Below are positions 33,301-46,973 of a stretch of 64,000 nt of DNA, in pieces. Within the stretch, counting starts at the first letter, position 1. Every line of letters begins with the position of its first letter. The DNA is from Acanthaster planci. Taxonomy: Eukaryota. A model generated the notes under the pieces. It was not told where the DNA came from, did not search any database, and saw only the letters and a list, made by a program, of their open reading frames with translations. The DNA lies in assembly GCF_001949145.1 (NCBI RefSeq), contig NW_019091360.1:4234159-4298158 (forward strand), written 5' to 3'. Position numbers and translations under genes: made by a program.

Positions 33301-36300
33301 ATATGTCTTGTGATAGTCTCAACCAGTCTACATCAAAAGCTCGTATGACTCGTCAGAGTCTCCGTAAGAACTTGTCACTGTCCACACGTCGCTCATCAGT
33401 TGCTGTCAGTTGCTCCAAGAAACGTTCTTCTGTGTATCGGCATAGGACCTCCATTAGGAAGTCTCTACATCATTCTGTTCGCAATCCTTGTAGCACTCGA
33501 GCAAGCACCAGAGCCAGTACTAGACGAGCTACAGTGGAGCAGGTCCTTCAAGAAAGCATTGAAACAAGCTCCCAAGATGTCATGGAGGAGGTGTTACCTG
33601 AAGAAGATGCTCCAGTTTCTCCTAATGATAAAGAAGCAACACCCCCAAAGCGGTAAGGTTGTTATTAGTGTTTGATATCGCAGTACCGTCCCACATTATC
33701 CACTTGAGATCATTACGTGAGGACTGTGAAACTTTGCATCATTGAGGCTGACAGGCTACATGTAGATGCGTAAAAAACCCACTAAGACTGTTTCAGTGAC
33801 CTTTTGCTGAAAACGCCATCCAACTTAGATGTTGGGGTATAGAGTACTGAAGTGCGATTTCATATAGAACCAGTCAATGCCGCACAAACGAAGGGAGTAC
33901 GCGCGCACGTTGGTTCTCGTGCTGGTTCTCGCGCTAATGCCTTTTACACATACTTGTGAGTGTGATGTATTCAGTTTGGTACTCTACATGTCTATTGATA
34001 ATGCTTTCTTACATGCGCAATCTGCCCTGACTTAGAGTGCGCCCTCACTGGCTAAGACAAAGCAGGCTGGTGGGGAGTTTCCCACCTGGTCTTGTTGACT
34101 CGTCCAGAACACACCTGAAGACTGCACATTCAAACAGCCAGTGATGGTGTGTGTCCCACACCAAATGCACAAAAAGCTGTGTGATCTTATGGCGAGTTTC
34201 CACCAAAGGACTGTTAGTCTGTGAAAACAACCCCTCGCTTGTTCCCACTGGAAGCTAATAATGGATTAAACACACTCTCAACATCAACCCCCCTGATCAA
34301 GTCAAAACAAGATTTGTGTGTTCAGGATTGCTCTTTGTGTTATTGCATTGTTTTCTTGATTACATTACTTCTTTGGTGGATTATTCAACAGCATGTCCAC
34401 ACATCCACCCACTATCAACCAAGAAACGCAGCGAATAACAAGGGCTGCCTCAAGGATTGCAGAGAATCAGAAATCATCCCTTGAGAAGCAAGATGAAGTG
34501 TCTGATTCCCCTAAGTCTATGGACTCTACACCAGATAACCAGTCTCATGATAATTCATGGTAAGAACCGAATGATTTTGAAAGTAATCAATATGGTTGGA
34601 TTATACTGAGATCTTTCAAGTTACATGTACATGTGTTTTAACATATGCACTTGTAAAATCCCTGCTTCCACAACAGACTAGCTTGAAATTTCTCTAAATC
34701 CAACTAATCACTTTATCAATCTGAAGGTGGTGTACTACATGTAGCTTGGTGTTGTTGGACTGAAAAGTAAAATGATTTAGAACGATTTAAATCTACAAGT
34801 ATGAAGTATAGGCAAGACATGATGCCTCCAGTTGGCACAAATAATTTTTCTCAAAACACATGTCCCAAGATGACCAACACAATGCTTCTTTCTTGATATG
34901 TATTTTTATTTATCATTTCAGTTCCTCTGATGATTTTGTCAGCAAGACACCTTCACCTAAATGTCCAGCAAACAAGGTCTGCTCCTTATCTTTCATAAGT
35001 AACTTGCAGCAATGAAAACTTGTTCTTAAACATGTACTGTACATGTTTAATTATGGTACAAGACAATCAAATCAATTACGGTACAATACAATCAAATCAA
35101 TTACAGTACAATACAATCAAATCAATTACAGTACAATACAATCAAATTAATTACAGTACAATACAATCAAATCAATTACAGACAATACAATCAAATCAAT
35201 TACAGTACAATACAATCAAATCAATTACAGTACAATACAATCAAATCAATTACAGTACAATACAGTCAAATCAAGTACAGTACAATACAATCAAATCAAT
35301 TACAGTACAATACAATCAAATCAATTACAGTACAATACAATCAAATCAATTACAGTACAATACAATCAAATCAATTACGGTACAATACAGTCAAAACAAG
35401 GACAAAAACAAAACCAAGACGAACCAACAGACTACAAAAACTGGTATTACCAAAGACTAGAAATGTTTAGAAGAACAAAAAGAATAGAGCTGACCCACAG
35501 ATGACCTTGACAAAATTCAACCTGTTTGGTTAGTTTATTGTTCGTAGTCAAGTGATTTGCTCCCTTCCCTTGAAATCCCCCCCAGACAGAGCGGTCCCCC
35601 CATAAAGTTCTGATGATGCCAATGTGAACCAGTTAACTCTAAATGGTGAAACTATGGTCATTTACTTAACCCCTGTTTCTGGTTTTATCATAATATTATG
35701 TCATAGTTTCTGGTTTCTTTGTAGGTTGTGCGCCCCCGAGCAACTTTCCTGTCCTCAGGGAAGAAGGAACCAAGATATCTCAACAACCTTCATGGGATGG
35801 TATCCTCATTCATCAAGAGAAACACACCACAAAAACAAACTGCAACAGTAAGAACTCATTTTTATTTTGCTTTGTACTTTTTTAGTTTCTAAAAATGGTG
35901 TTAAAAATTGAGGATGGGTTTGCGTGAAAGTGTCGGTCACGGCATCTTTGTAGAAATCTGTTTCTTGCCGTTTACATGAATCCGCTAAGATTTCTGAGTA
36001 CATGTACATGGTAGTCTGACCAATTTGAATCATGGTTCACTTTGCTGTTCATCAGGTCAACTATTAACTAATTTGTAAGGTTTACATGATTTTTCATGCA
36101 TGGCCAGATTTTTTTAATCCTTGGATGTATATTTCCGAAAGGCCCTTTTCTAACAAAGAGTATTTTTCAGATTTCTCACTAAATCAAAGGCCTCGCAAAC
36201 AGCAAACAAATTTCATTTTTTGCATAACATAAATGTACATAAAATGTAGCTACACTGTTATGCCTATTGCATCAGTACCATGTTGACCTGTCGTGGTTAC

Positions 36301-39300
36301 CTGCTGATAATGATTGGCATAATCTTGTCACATGTTGTTCCAACAGGCTGTACGGCCTNNNNNNNNNNNNNNNNNNNNNNNNNNNNNNNNNNNNNNNNNN
36401 NNNNNNNNNNNNNNNNNNNNNNNNNNNNNNNNNNNNNNNNNNNNNNNNNNNNNNNNNNNNNNNNNNNNNNNNNNNNNNNNNNNNNNNNNNNNNNNNNNNN
36501 NNNNNNNNNNNNNNNNNNNNNNNNNNNNNNNNNNNNNNNNNNNNNNNNNNNNNNNNNNNNNNNNNNNNNNNNNNNNNNNNNNNNNNNNNNNNNNNNNNNN
36601 NNNNNNNNNNNNNNNNNNNNNNNNNNNNNNNNNNNNNNNNNNNNNNNNNNNNNNNNNNNNNNNNNNNNNNNNNNNNNNNNNNNNNNNNNNNNNNNNNNNN
36701 NNNNNNNNNNNNNNNNNNNNNNNNNNNNNNNNNNNNNNNNNNNNNNNNNNNNNNNNNNNNNNNNNNNNNNNNNNNNNNNNNNNNNNNNNNNNNNNNNNNN
36801 NNNNNNNNNNNNNNNNNNNNNNNNNNNNNNNNNNNNNNNNNNNNNNNNNNNNNNNNNNNNNNNNNNNNNNNNNNNNNNNNNNNNNNNNNNNNNNNNNNNN
36901 NNNNNNNNNNTAGTGACAAGCATCAAGTGTATTTTGCCGTTTTCAAGTTTTGTTTTTTTCCTCTCAGATACCAACTAAATTTTTGCCTATCAATTCACTT
37001 TGAATATAAAGAAGTGGAATTTATAAAGTATAAACGTTACTCCTCAATGAAACTTTTTTATCAATCCAAGTAATGTACATGTAAACCTACAAGGTACTTC
37101 AGTATCATTGTTATGACAGCTTTCGGAGGCCTTGCTAGGTGTAGGTTGAACCTTGGCTGTCTAGTCAAACTTAGCATTTTATTTCTTCACTCCCAATCAA
37201 CCATGATGTTGTTATCCTTAGGAGCGACAGCAAGAAATCAAGAAAAACATTCTGAACAAGCAGAGACGAGATGAAGAGATCCGACGTAAGCTAGAAGCTG
37301 AAAAACAAAAGCAGCGAGAATTACAGAAAAGGTTGGGAATAGTTTGTTACTCAGAAGGTTTGAACCTGTGAAAGAGGAGGGGAATGTTACTGTGACACAC
37401 TTTTATTGAGCGGCTGAGCTATCCTTTTTAATGATTTCCTCTGCAGATATAAATGTCTTGAGGTACAAGAATAAATTGGGATTAAATATTTTTTCCTGTA
37501 TTTGCTTTTGCATAGAAACCAATGTTTTATTGCATGCTGCATAATGTCGTGATAGTTAAATGCTTACTTGTGATGTGCAAGTCAGTTGATGTTCAGTACA
37601 TGTGCTCTGCATGAAGGAAGACAGTACAGTCGAACCTCGTTTTAATAATGAGATGTCCTTTGGACTCAGCAAACTACCTTGTTATAACAGGAACCTTGTA
37701 TTATCCGGAATGAAAACAATGAAAAAGAAAGGAATGGGACCTAACAATTTCCTTGGCTTAAGCAGAATCTTGTATGAACAGTGCTCTTAATAACGAGGTT
37801 GGACTGTAATTGAGTGTTGGGATATTGGCATCGCTGTAGCGATCTCAGTTGTTCAGCCAAATCTTCAATTTTCTACATGCTATGCTTTCTGTGTTGCATC
37901 ACATTTGCCGTTTTCATGCATTCATTGTACCTGCCACTCAGGAATTATATCGTGCATTATATTAAAAATGGTCCCCATTATAGAAAACGTGAAGAGAGAA
38001 TAAAGAAAGTGACAGAGGCGCGTGAGCGTCGGGCAGCCATTCAAGAGCAGAAACGACAAGAGATGGAACAGAAACAGCTACAGATGAGCAGACAGACAAC
38101 CAAGAAGATTGAAGATAAGAAGCAAGAGGAGATACTAAGGAAGCAACTACAGATAAAGAAGAAAGCAGAGGCTGAAGAACGCCGCAGGCAAGAAGAGCGA
38201 GTACGGATGATGAAGATCAAGGAACAGGTGAGATGTCTTCAACTATTAGCGTCATTCTATAAATTCGGGGCCCAAAAGTCTGACTCTTTCTGTCCCTGTT
38301 AAATCTGACCTGTGTATTTTGATATGGAAATATCATTGAAATTAACCACAAGCTATATTTGTTTAGCAGGTAATTTGTTTTGCATTAATCACCCTTGGAT
38401 ATAAAGGAATGTGTTATAACTTACAATATTATGTGTCAAATATAACAGGAAGATGAAAATTTACCCTAAGTTTACTGAATTACCAAGTGGGACAGGTCTA
38501 TTCAACTAGACCTATAGATTGGAGGATCTACCTGACATTCTTCAAGAGCCTTAATGAATTCATCAACATGTAACGCTGTCCAACCGTGTATCTAAAATAC
38601 CCAGATATGGAGAAGACTTTCCTGGATGTGATGCATCTTACTCAGCTTGTTTCCAGTTGTGCTTCTCTTCAGGGAGCCTTGGGTTTAAACTGGAAATGAC
38701 TGTGTGTTTCAGGAAGAAAGTTTTGGAGTGAGGAAAGGCTATGGAGAAACATTTTGCTCTTGAAGAAATTTTGCAAGTTCTTCATCTTTGTTTTGTTTGT
38801 AGGAGGAAGAACAGAGGCAGCATCAGGAGATGATTCAACGTAAGAAGGAGTTTGAAGAACAGGAGAGACAACGTCGTATTGATGAAGCAAGACGTCAACA
38901 GGAACAACGTAGAGGTGAGATGGAACGTCAGCGGCTTGAGGAGCTACAGAGACGAAGAGATGCAGAACTGGCTAAGGAAAGAGAGATGGAACTACTCAAG
39001 GAAGAAAGGTCAGGCTGACTTGATTGAGGATTATGACCACCTGGCTTATAAGTACTGATTAGTTGAACAGAAAAATATTACTTAGCAATTGATTGCCAAG
39101 CAGAAATAAGCTGAAACCATTTGGGTAGCTGTTTATGCCATTAAACCAGTTTTGTTTAATTGTTTTCCCTCGCCCTTTGGTGTTGTGCTTATAATTAAGC
39201 TTAACCCTAACCCTCCAGCCTACTTTGGCTAGAATCCCTGTAAGACTATCAGTCTGCGACATTTGTCAAAGTGGCTTGCCTGCCCAGGGTAGTAAGATCC

Positions 39301-41512
39301 AACAGGTCAACTCTGCCCAAGGCCAAACAGCCTGGGAGTCTGTGGTCGCCAGTCACCACAAGATCCAACAGTTTCATCGTCCAATGGGACTAGCTCCCAT
39401 CGTCTCAACATGGCCAGTTTGTTCAGCTGCTGTTGATTGGCCAGTGAATCAAAGTGCATCAGACTTTTTCACCTGGCGCACTGTGCTGCATCCGGCAGGG
39501 TTAGGGTAAAAGCTTACGTCAATGATGCAACTGTATACATCTCTTTCACTGCTTTCATGTAAGTCTAGGAAAGTAGGAAACTAGGAATTGTACCAGAAAG
39601 TTAAAAACATGTATGACAAACTGTGGAGGGACTTGTTGACATTTAATAATTAATGGAGGTTGATCAGAGAGGATGTAGAGGGAAAGTGAATAAAACTGGA
39701 TTGTTTATTGTTATTGATGATGACTCGAATAGATCAGACAGCAAATGTCAGTACTTTTCTCTCTTGTATTGCAGAGAGCGGGAAAGGAAGGCCGAGATGG
39801 AACGTAAGCGAGAGCAAGAGAGATGGGCCAGGGAAGAAGCTTTGGAGAAAGAACGACGTATTGAAGCAGAGAGGTTGGCTCGTGAAAAAGAAAGACAGCA
39901 GGTGAGTGGCTGTAATTATCATTTCCTGGTCCACAAAGCATAACACGCCTCATTGACTTGAAAACACTTGACAACGCAAGAGAAAATGGACGTTCCCCTA
40001 GATAGTGAATAATTCATGTTTTGCTAGTTTGTGTAAGGCTTCCTTGTGGTTTGTTGCAATATGCACATATTTTCTCATCTATGTTTTTCACATTTTTTTT
40101 AACACGTGTTTTGATATCCTGTCGTGTGGGAGGTCTTTTTGTGTATCTCATAATTAAAAATAAAGAACGCTTCACGTGCCCCTGAACTTGAACAAAAACA
40201 GGATTGGTTCGTAGTAAGATGTGTTGATGTAAATTTGTTTTAGCAGTGTTCACTATTTATCTTGTGTTTTTTGTTTTTGATCAAATTTTAAATTACATGT
40301 ACATTATTTTGATTTTTTTCCCGTTCTTGTGGTTCTTTATTACTTTTATAAATCATGTGTGATGCTGCAAAGATCAAGGCAAGACTGGATTGAAATTAAA
40401 CAGAAATTGAATTTCATTGCAGTAAGACGTGTTCAGGGATCCCTAAGCTGGAATATTTAGGCCATCCATGTACGTACACTGTAAAGTCTGAGCACGGCAG
40501 CTAGAAATCTCAATTTATCTTTTCTCTATGTGATAGGATCAGAAACATCTGGCTGAAATTATGCAGCAAGAGCGTGAACGCCGAGAACTAGAGAGACAAA
40601 AGGAACAAGCAGAACATGACAGATTAAAGGCGTCCATTTTGAAGCATAACACCAGTGCCTGTCTCAATACCAGTTCCTGTCTCAATACCACGGTGACCAA
40701 AGATACCTCACCGACGAGCTACGACATGACCCCACGGAGGTGTGTACTTGTTGTGTTCGCCCTTGAGTCTATCAGCATCCAAGCCTCTCATTTCTCCCTC
40801 CATGCCTCTAAGTGATACGAAAATATCGATTTGAAATTTATTATCTTATAGAGTACCTTTGCCTTCAACTTCGGACAATTATAACATTGATGACTTGGAA
40901 AGCGGTGACTCAACAGACGAAGAAGATTCACCCAGGAAGACCATACCATCTTGGGCTCAAGGTAAATTTAGCTCAGAGGATTTGCATTGGGTTCTGTGTG
41001 TTGGTCAGTCATTTGGGCCAGTGCTGTCAGAGATCCTTCTTAATATGGACATTTGCAGCAAAAATTGGGTCAGTTTTACAGAATATATCTCAATCCGCCA
41101 TTCAATCCACCTCAAGCAGACACACCCCCTCTTTGGTTAAAAAGAGCCATGTTGGGCTGGAGTGTTCATTTTGTTGGTAGCAGTGCGACCATAATGCGTG
41201 CATTTCATAGTTGTTTGTGAACTAGGGAAGTTCAGTTCTGACCAAAGGAGCCTCCGCTGCTAAGAAAATTGCGCCCTCTCATGGTCCAGCTCAGGGTATG
41301 TTAACCACTTGCTTCTTTCATTGTTTGATTCATCAGGAGCTGGTTTGAAGGCAGCATTGATCAAGCAGTTTTACCATCCACCACCCAACCTAGACACCAT
41401 GTTTGGACCTCTCCTGCCACCAGATCTTAGCATCATCTTTGCTAAGAAGAGATCTCGCTATTTGAAGAGAACAAGTTCTGCTGTGTGGGACTCCCCTCTG
41501 TTGAAGGCTTGA
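30379..41512 (+). CDS. INCENP: Inner centromere protein, 13 coding exons, ~1164 aa
   Basis: Exons 30379-30539, 31248-31367, 31961-33652, 34392-34559, 34922-34976, 35725-35847, 37222-37331, 37984-38227, 38803-39008, 39775-39901, 40537-40739, 40852-40961, 41337-41512 (3495 nt, in frame). N-terminal [13 protein letters not shown]...[12 protein letters not shown], an ER/K-rich single alpha helix, and the C-terminal IN-box [27 protein letters not shown]...PDLSIIF...[14 protein letters not shown] with the Aurora-B TSS motif. An extra phase-0 exon in the N gap cannot be excluded. Confidence 0.92.
31436..31685. mobile_element. MITE in INCENP intron
   Basis: Termini GGGCCCAATTTCATGGGGCTGCTTA / TAAGCGGCGCTGTGAAATCGGGCC, with internal inverted subrepeats GCAGAAAAATTCTGC and TAAGCACAGAAT. 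Confidence 0.7.
35062..35395. repeat. Minisatellite, 25-bp unit TACAGTACAATACAATCAAATCAAT x ~13
   Basis: Directly visible. It produces the spurious repetitive ORF 35020-35460. Confidence 0.95.
36359..36910. other. Assembly gap (552 N) inside an INCENP intron
   Basis: Run of N. Confidence 1.
37627..37806. mobile_element. Tc1/mariner (pogo/Tigger-like) MITE with TA target duplication
   Basis: TA-CAGTCGAACCTCGTT ... AACGAGGTTGGACTG-TA. Confidence 0.8.
39204..39507. mobile_element. ~300-bp MITE with ACCCTAACCCT termini
   Basis: 11-bp perfect TIR ACCCTAACCCT / AGGGTTAGGGT. The interior is GC-richer than the flanks. It shares the ACCCTAAC end with the 53-bp mini-MITE. Confidence 0.6.
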
Positions 41513-42630
41513 ATATCAGCCAGTCCTTCTCCTGTCGGTGAATAAGCTATAAAGATTTGTACATCAACATGTATCATACTGTTGATCATACATCATATTG
41601 TTGATATGTCAGTACATGTATAACAAAGTGATAGTAGTGGATACATTTTGATACCCAGACTCTGTGATCACTGCGTTGGCAGCAGTGGGCACTTTAGGAG
41701 CACTGGTTGCTAATTATCGGAAAAGCAATAAAAAATGAAAAATGGCAATTATTCCCTACCTTTTGACAACGCATTTCTTGTGGATTGTTAGCTGAATGCA
41801 TTTATTCAGATTAATGTTAGTCTTGGGAGCTTCATGTTACATGTCATAATTTGCTGGGAGAAGTAAAAATGGTTGTAAACATTTGTGAATAAAAAAAGTA
41901 CATTGATGTAGTTATTTGTTTAAACACAAACATATCGTCACCGTTCTCACGAAGTGACACTAATGTCCAAAAAATGAAGTTTTGTTGATTTCCATTTTTT
42001 TCAATATTCTCATTTACAATCTTGACCAGTTTGACATGCTCCCACAAACAAAACATCATTGATGTCATAGTTGAATTAATGTTGCCGAGGTCAAGCATCT
42101 TGAAAACAGCATTTTGCATTTTCACGAAGAGACGCAATGCTTAACGTGCTTTGAACATGTACAAAACGTATTACAAGGAAACGGCTGAAAAGTAGGTCAA
42201 CCAGGGTTTTTGTTTTTACGCAGTGACGTTAGCTTTGTTACGTTCACAGTTGTGCACGCGTAAAGACACGATCACCTTCCCTGTGACTATTATACATTGA
42301 ACAGAAGGACGTTCATGTACAAAAATGTAATTTTCGTTTTCACAAAGTGACGTTAACCATTGCTCAATTAATTTTGGCGAATTAACCCATTTTCATACTA
42401 CTTGCTCGGGTTAAGTGAACGATTAGACATCAGAGAATCATTTAAGAGACTTTTGTTACATGAAGTTGTCACAAAATACTTAGTTTGTCTTAGTTTTTAT
42501 TAAGGAAGAACTTCTATAGCAATTATCTGGAAAACCTATTTTTCCTCAAAAGCCACATTAGCGACACTTCCTGGTAGCGGTGACGATATATGTGGTGAAT
42601 ATGTGTGGTGAGGCGGGTCCTATGTATCTA

Positions 42631-42771
42631 GGGCCCGTTTTTTCTCACTGAACTAGATTTCAATCGGTAATCCCAAGGCTGGTTGTTCCATCCATTAGGC
42701 AGGTTCTGGTGTCATTGAACCAATGACGGATTACTTGTCGAGATCTGGATCTGTTGGAAACAAACGGGCCC
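42631..42771. mobile_element. Short MITE
   Basis: GGGCCCGTTT ... AAACGGGCCC termini with CTA on both sides. Confidence 0.55.
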
Positions 42772-45020
42772 CTATTTTATAGCTATAACAAGACACTTGA
42801 TAAAAAGATGATCACAATTGTATTTGCTTTTGTGTGTGTGTGAACACAGACCTTTTGACCTTGGAAAATGTGTTATTGATCATTTAACACTCATGCTAAA
42901 TGCATGAGGAGGGTGAGGATTTTTCCCAATCTCAGTTTTGTCTCTGTGCCAGTCCTAAAGCCATAAAATCGTGCAAAACCCAAGAATCAGTGTGTTTTTA
43001 CAGGATGATAGGTGGTTTGGGTAAGGAAAACGCTATGTAAATATAGGCCTGATTGACTTTAATTGCCTTTGATTGCAGCCATTTGTTCCTTTGATTGTTG
43101 TATAAAGTGTGACAAGATGTAGACTTAAATTAATTAGATTACAAAAAATGAAATGCTGTACTCTAACTGAAAAGTTGGTAGTTATTTAACAATCTCAGCC
43201 TTACATTGAAATGTACATAATATACATGTAGTAACAGAAACATGCTCTCAAAGTAAGATACATGTAAGTGTAATCCTTTGCTTGATATGATGAGTAGCTG
43301 GTGGCGTGTAAGATGTACATTAATATTAATTTTTTTGGGATCCAGTAGGGTGGATGTCTCGTCCGGGAATATCTTTAACATTTAGTGCACACATCATCTA
43401 AATCTGTCCACATTGTTTGGCTATACATCCTGTAATTACCCCGGTAATTTTAGGTTTCTTCTGTGATTAAATGCTCGAATGTTGAGTTATAGACAGACGT
43501 GACTCCGAATCTCTTTTAGAAGATGTACTTGTACTTTACATTACAAACAAGAATTTGTAGATGCCCGTGTAGGATAATTTTTCCGTTTCTTCTGGGTTGA
43601 ATGCATGTACCACCACGCGAATGCCTTAAAATCACCGCTAAAATATTGCTGGCTAAGAACCTCTGTGTCTCATCTTGAAGCGCGTGCCTTGCATACCAGT
43701 GCCCAAATTAGGAGATGTTTGCAGGTGGTGCGCGTGCGTTTCATGCCTCTTCGACCAATAAGGTGTCGACTTAGTTCAATGGAAGCGCGCTCAATGTGTA
43801 TAACAACTGCAGTATTAATGGCGTCCACTCAGAATAGTGATGCATGTACAAGAACAGAAGCGGCATTTTTGAAGACAGTCATAGCAGAATTAGAACAGAA
43901 TCGTTGGATTGGAAATGTCACAATTCTTGACTCATTTTCCTTGCACCATGAACATACTCGGAGCTTGTAGGTCCACCTGAAAGCAAGGACAGTTGGACAT
44001 GGAAAACAGCCTTTGAGGTAGGCAAGTTAACACCATTTCACAATGTAGTTGTATGCCTGTGTGAAGTGTGCAGAAACTTGGCTTTTGGTTTCGCGAATTG
44101 TAAACCAAACTTCAGAAATAAAACTAATGTGAAATGGAAACATTTTATGCAAAATGATGTGTTAAGCTTTGTCGTTGTAGTTGAGGGAAATAAACACGGT
44201 TACATAATTTCATGTTGTCCACGGTTGTAAGCCAATGAATGTAGCCACGCGCTTAGTACTTCGACCTGTTTCTATGACGTCACTCTTATAGACCACTCTC
44301 CTTTTTGCTCACAACTTATACGGGCTTCCAAAGTGTTCCAAGAAATCACCCTGTGGTTTTTAGATTTACCTCCAATTTGTTGAAAATGTAAACTTATTCC
44401 ATTAATTGTATTTTGTATGTTAGTAGCACGTGACTATCTGATGTTTTGATAGCTGCGTGGGATTTTTAGCACTTCATGAATTATTCGTTTCCATTTGAAT
44501 TGACGGCTAGCCATAATTTAGTAGCCACTTGTAGGAAAAGCATAAATGTGATGTAAAAGAGCAGACGCTATAAGTTGAAAGTCTCCTACATGGAATATTT
44601 TGAAAGACACTGGATGTCACTGCCGCCACAGGAACGCCGTCGTCTGCCGACAAGTTGGATCGGCGCGGTTGCAACCAAACTTACGTCACTCATAATTCAT
44701 GCACACACATTAAAAAGTCATTCTACGGTGCCTTAACTGTGTCCTAAAAGCTCTGTGGATTTGTGCCTCTTGAATTAGAAACAGATTTGGGTGATAATAC
44801 CTAGGTTGGTGATGGAGTTTGGGAAACAGTACACCCCCTAAGTTTTCGGCCCAAAAAGGAACAAAAGAGGGCATATTTTGAAATGAAATTGACAGTCATT
44901 TGGTACCATCACAGACGTTATAAACGTATAGGTCGCCAGGTCCTATTCAAAACTACAGGTTTTTTTCGTGAACTACGCGGAGCCCGACTAAAATCAAAAC
45001 TATGGGCAAATTCACCCTCG

Positions 45021-45265
45021 GGCCGTTTTCCAATACTCAAGTTCGTCTCCGTCTCAGGCTTCGTTCCCAAAACCAGTCCCCGATTGTGGGCCTGAAGCGT
45101 TTAAATTACATTGGATTACTGTAATTTTTGGCTCTCTTGCATCTTATTTGAAGTTCTGTGGCACCATTAGACAGATTACTGCGCTGCGCTTACAGCTTCA
45201 AAGTCAGCTAGTAAAAAAAACAGTTGAAGCCTGAGACGGAGCCGAAGTTGAGTACTGGAAAAGCC
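45021..45265. mobile_element. MITE with ~37-bp terminal inverted repeats
   Basis: TTTTCCAATACTCAAGTTCGTCTCCGTCTCAGGCTTC (45026-45062) versus GAAGCCTGAGACGGAGCCGAAGTTGAGTACTGGAAAA (45226-45262). Confidence 0.75.
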
Positions 45266-45344
45266 TTGGTAATCGCCCCGAGCTGAAATGCACCCCAATC
45301 GGCGAAAGAAAGACAGGTGGGGTCTTGCACGCGTTGTGCGTGTG

Positions 45345-45815
45345 CGCAAAGGCTGAGTTTGGGCCGCTTGTTCTCCTATGTTCACGAACAGCTCGATTTG
45401 TTGTTCGTTAGTCGGCCGCTCGAATGCCACGGAGGAACGTACAACCGGTTATCGCTGGTTGTTGCATGCAACATAGCGGCATCCATGTACGTTCTTCTAG
45501 AGTAAACTTTAGGTAGCTGGGCTGAATTCTTTTCTATTTAAAAAGGAACATTCTTTCTGTATGATAGAAAATAAGTATTATTAATTTCGCACAACTTCCC
45601 ACTGTCTCTGGCTTTGTATTAAAGCCATCTCGCTATTTTTGCGGCTGTTCAAAAATTGAAATCTCACGAGTTTTTCCGTGTGTTCCTGTAAAACCCTGAC
45701 GAGGTGGTGGTGAGTGATCCTGTTCCAGGAACAGTGTCCTTGATCGTGTTCCCGCCGTTCGAGCGCGAGAACAAGAAACTCGTGCCAAAAACAGACCATC
45801 CGGAACTCAACCATA
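45345..45815 (-). repeat. Dispersed ~470-bp repeat, copy 1 (inverted relative to copy at 61945-62437)
   Basis: Shared blocks CACGAACAGCTCGATTTGTTGTTCGT, ACAACCGGTTATCGCTGGT, GGGCTGAATTCTTTTCTATTTA, ACGAGTTTTTCCGTGTGTTCCTGTAAAACCCTGACGAGG. Confidence 0.85.
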
Positions 45816-46973
45816 GACAGCACATACCGGAATAAATTAGTTACGCGTACTCAGCGTGCTCCGCTCCAAACGCACATAGGCTAGACTTGTGCGCCAAATG
45901 AGTAAATTAACTGTGGCCTATATATAATATAACTCTACATAATGGAGATAAATGTGAGTAGCACAGACATAAATAACTTTCATCGACGGCAAATTAATAT
46001 CAGTACATACGTATTTCGTGCAAAGTAATACTCGCCGAGAAAGTTGGATGCGTGAACACGTGAATTTAGGGTGCACGGTATATGCCAATTGTTGGCTTCA
46101 AAAATCTGGCAAAGTTGAAATAAGTTCAACACTGCCGACAGACGCCGTCAGTGTTGGCGTCGGGTTAGGAAAGTTCAGAACGAGATGTTTCCAAATATTG
46201 CCCTTACGTCGGGGAGTTCGACGCTGTCGGTGACACAGGATCATAGGCCTACTTATGGAAACCATGCAGGCTTATCATTCTAATTGTAAGAAGTCACTTT
46301 GGATTTGGTTTTAAGGACATCTGAATCAGCCCAATTCAGGACCAGTGGTGTAACTAAATGGTTTTACAAGCAAGTTTCAAAGGGAGATGTTATTTTACTA
46401 TTGTAAGCGTTAATATCGATTTTAGCAATTGCAAACGGTGAATGGGAAAGTGCACGCTTCTCATATCCTTTCCATCCAGCCACGCTCCTGGGTGGGCTAG
46501 ATGTATATTGCCTGAAGTCCAGTTTGCTAGAATTTCTACTGAAGATCTGTGTAAGTAGCCCTTGGATTCGAAGTTTTGAACCGTTTTTCAACTTCATTTG
46601 CGAAGAACATTTCATCAGCTTCAAAATACCCCAAAATTAATGACGAAGAAAATTACGCACGTTGTGACAGGAGGCTGCGTGCGCACGTGCGCGTTTCTTA
46701 CGCCGTGTAGGCATTGTGATGTATCACGTGTACATAGTGTCAACTGACGTCACTGGGTAATGTTACATTATTCTTTTTAATCGTAGAGACTCGAACGAAA
46801 TTGTTGACATGATTGTATGAGGATTTAAAGTCATTCACTGTTTGGTGCAAGTAACTAGTAGGCCGACGACACAACAGCCTCGGGCCCAAGAACAGTGATT
46901 AGAATGGCCTTTATCGTGGTGTGTCATTCAGAATTTAGGCCTAATTCGTAACTCTGAAAAGATTCTTGCAATT

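Noticed and set aside
35020..35460. 146-aa repetitive ORF
   Set aside because: Translation of a 25-bp minisatellite in an intron.
36267..37073. Long ORFs made of X
   Set aside because: Artefacts of the N gap.
39204..39214. Interstitial telomere
   Set aside because: Fewer than two TTAGGG units per side, arranged as terminal inverted repeats.
43605..43970. 121-aa ORF upstream of the EF-hand gene
   Set aside because: No homology recognised and it ends before the nearby donor (44018); more likely promoter or 5' UTR sequence.
45581..45823. Paralogous small ORFs (45581-45823 and 61948-62145) as a gene family
   Set aside because: Similarity extends equally into non-ORF flanks and includes indels; this is a dispersed DNA repeat.
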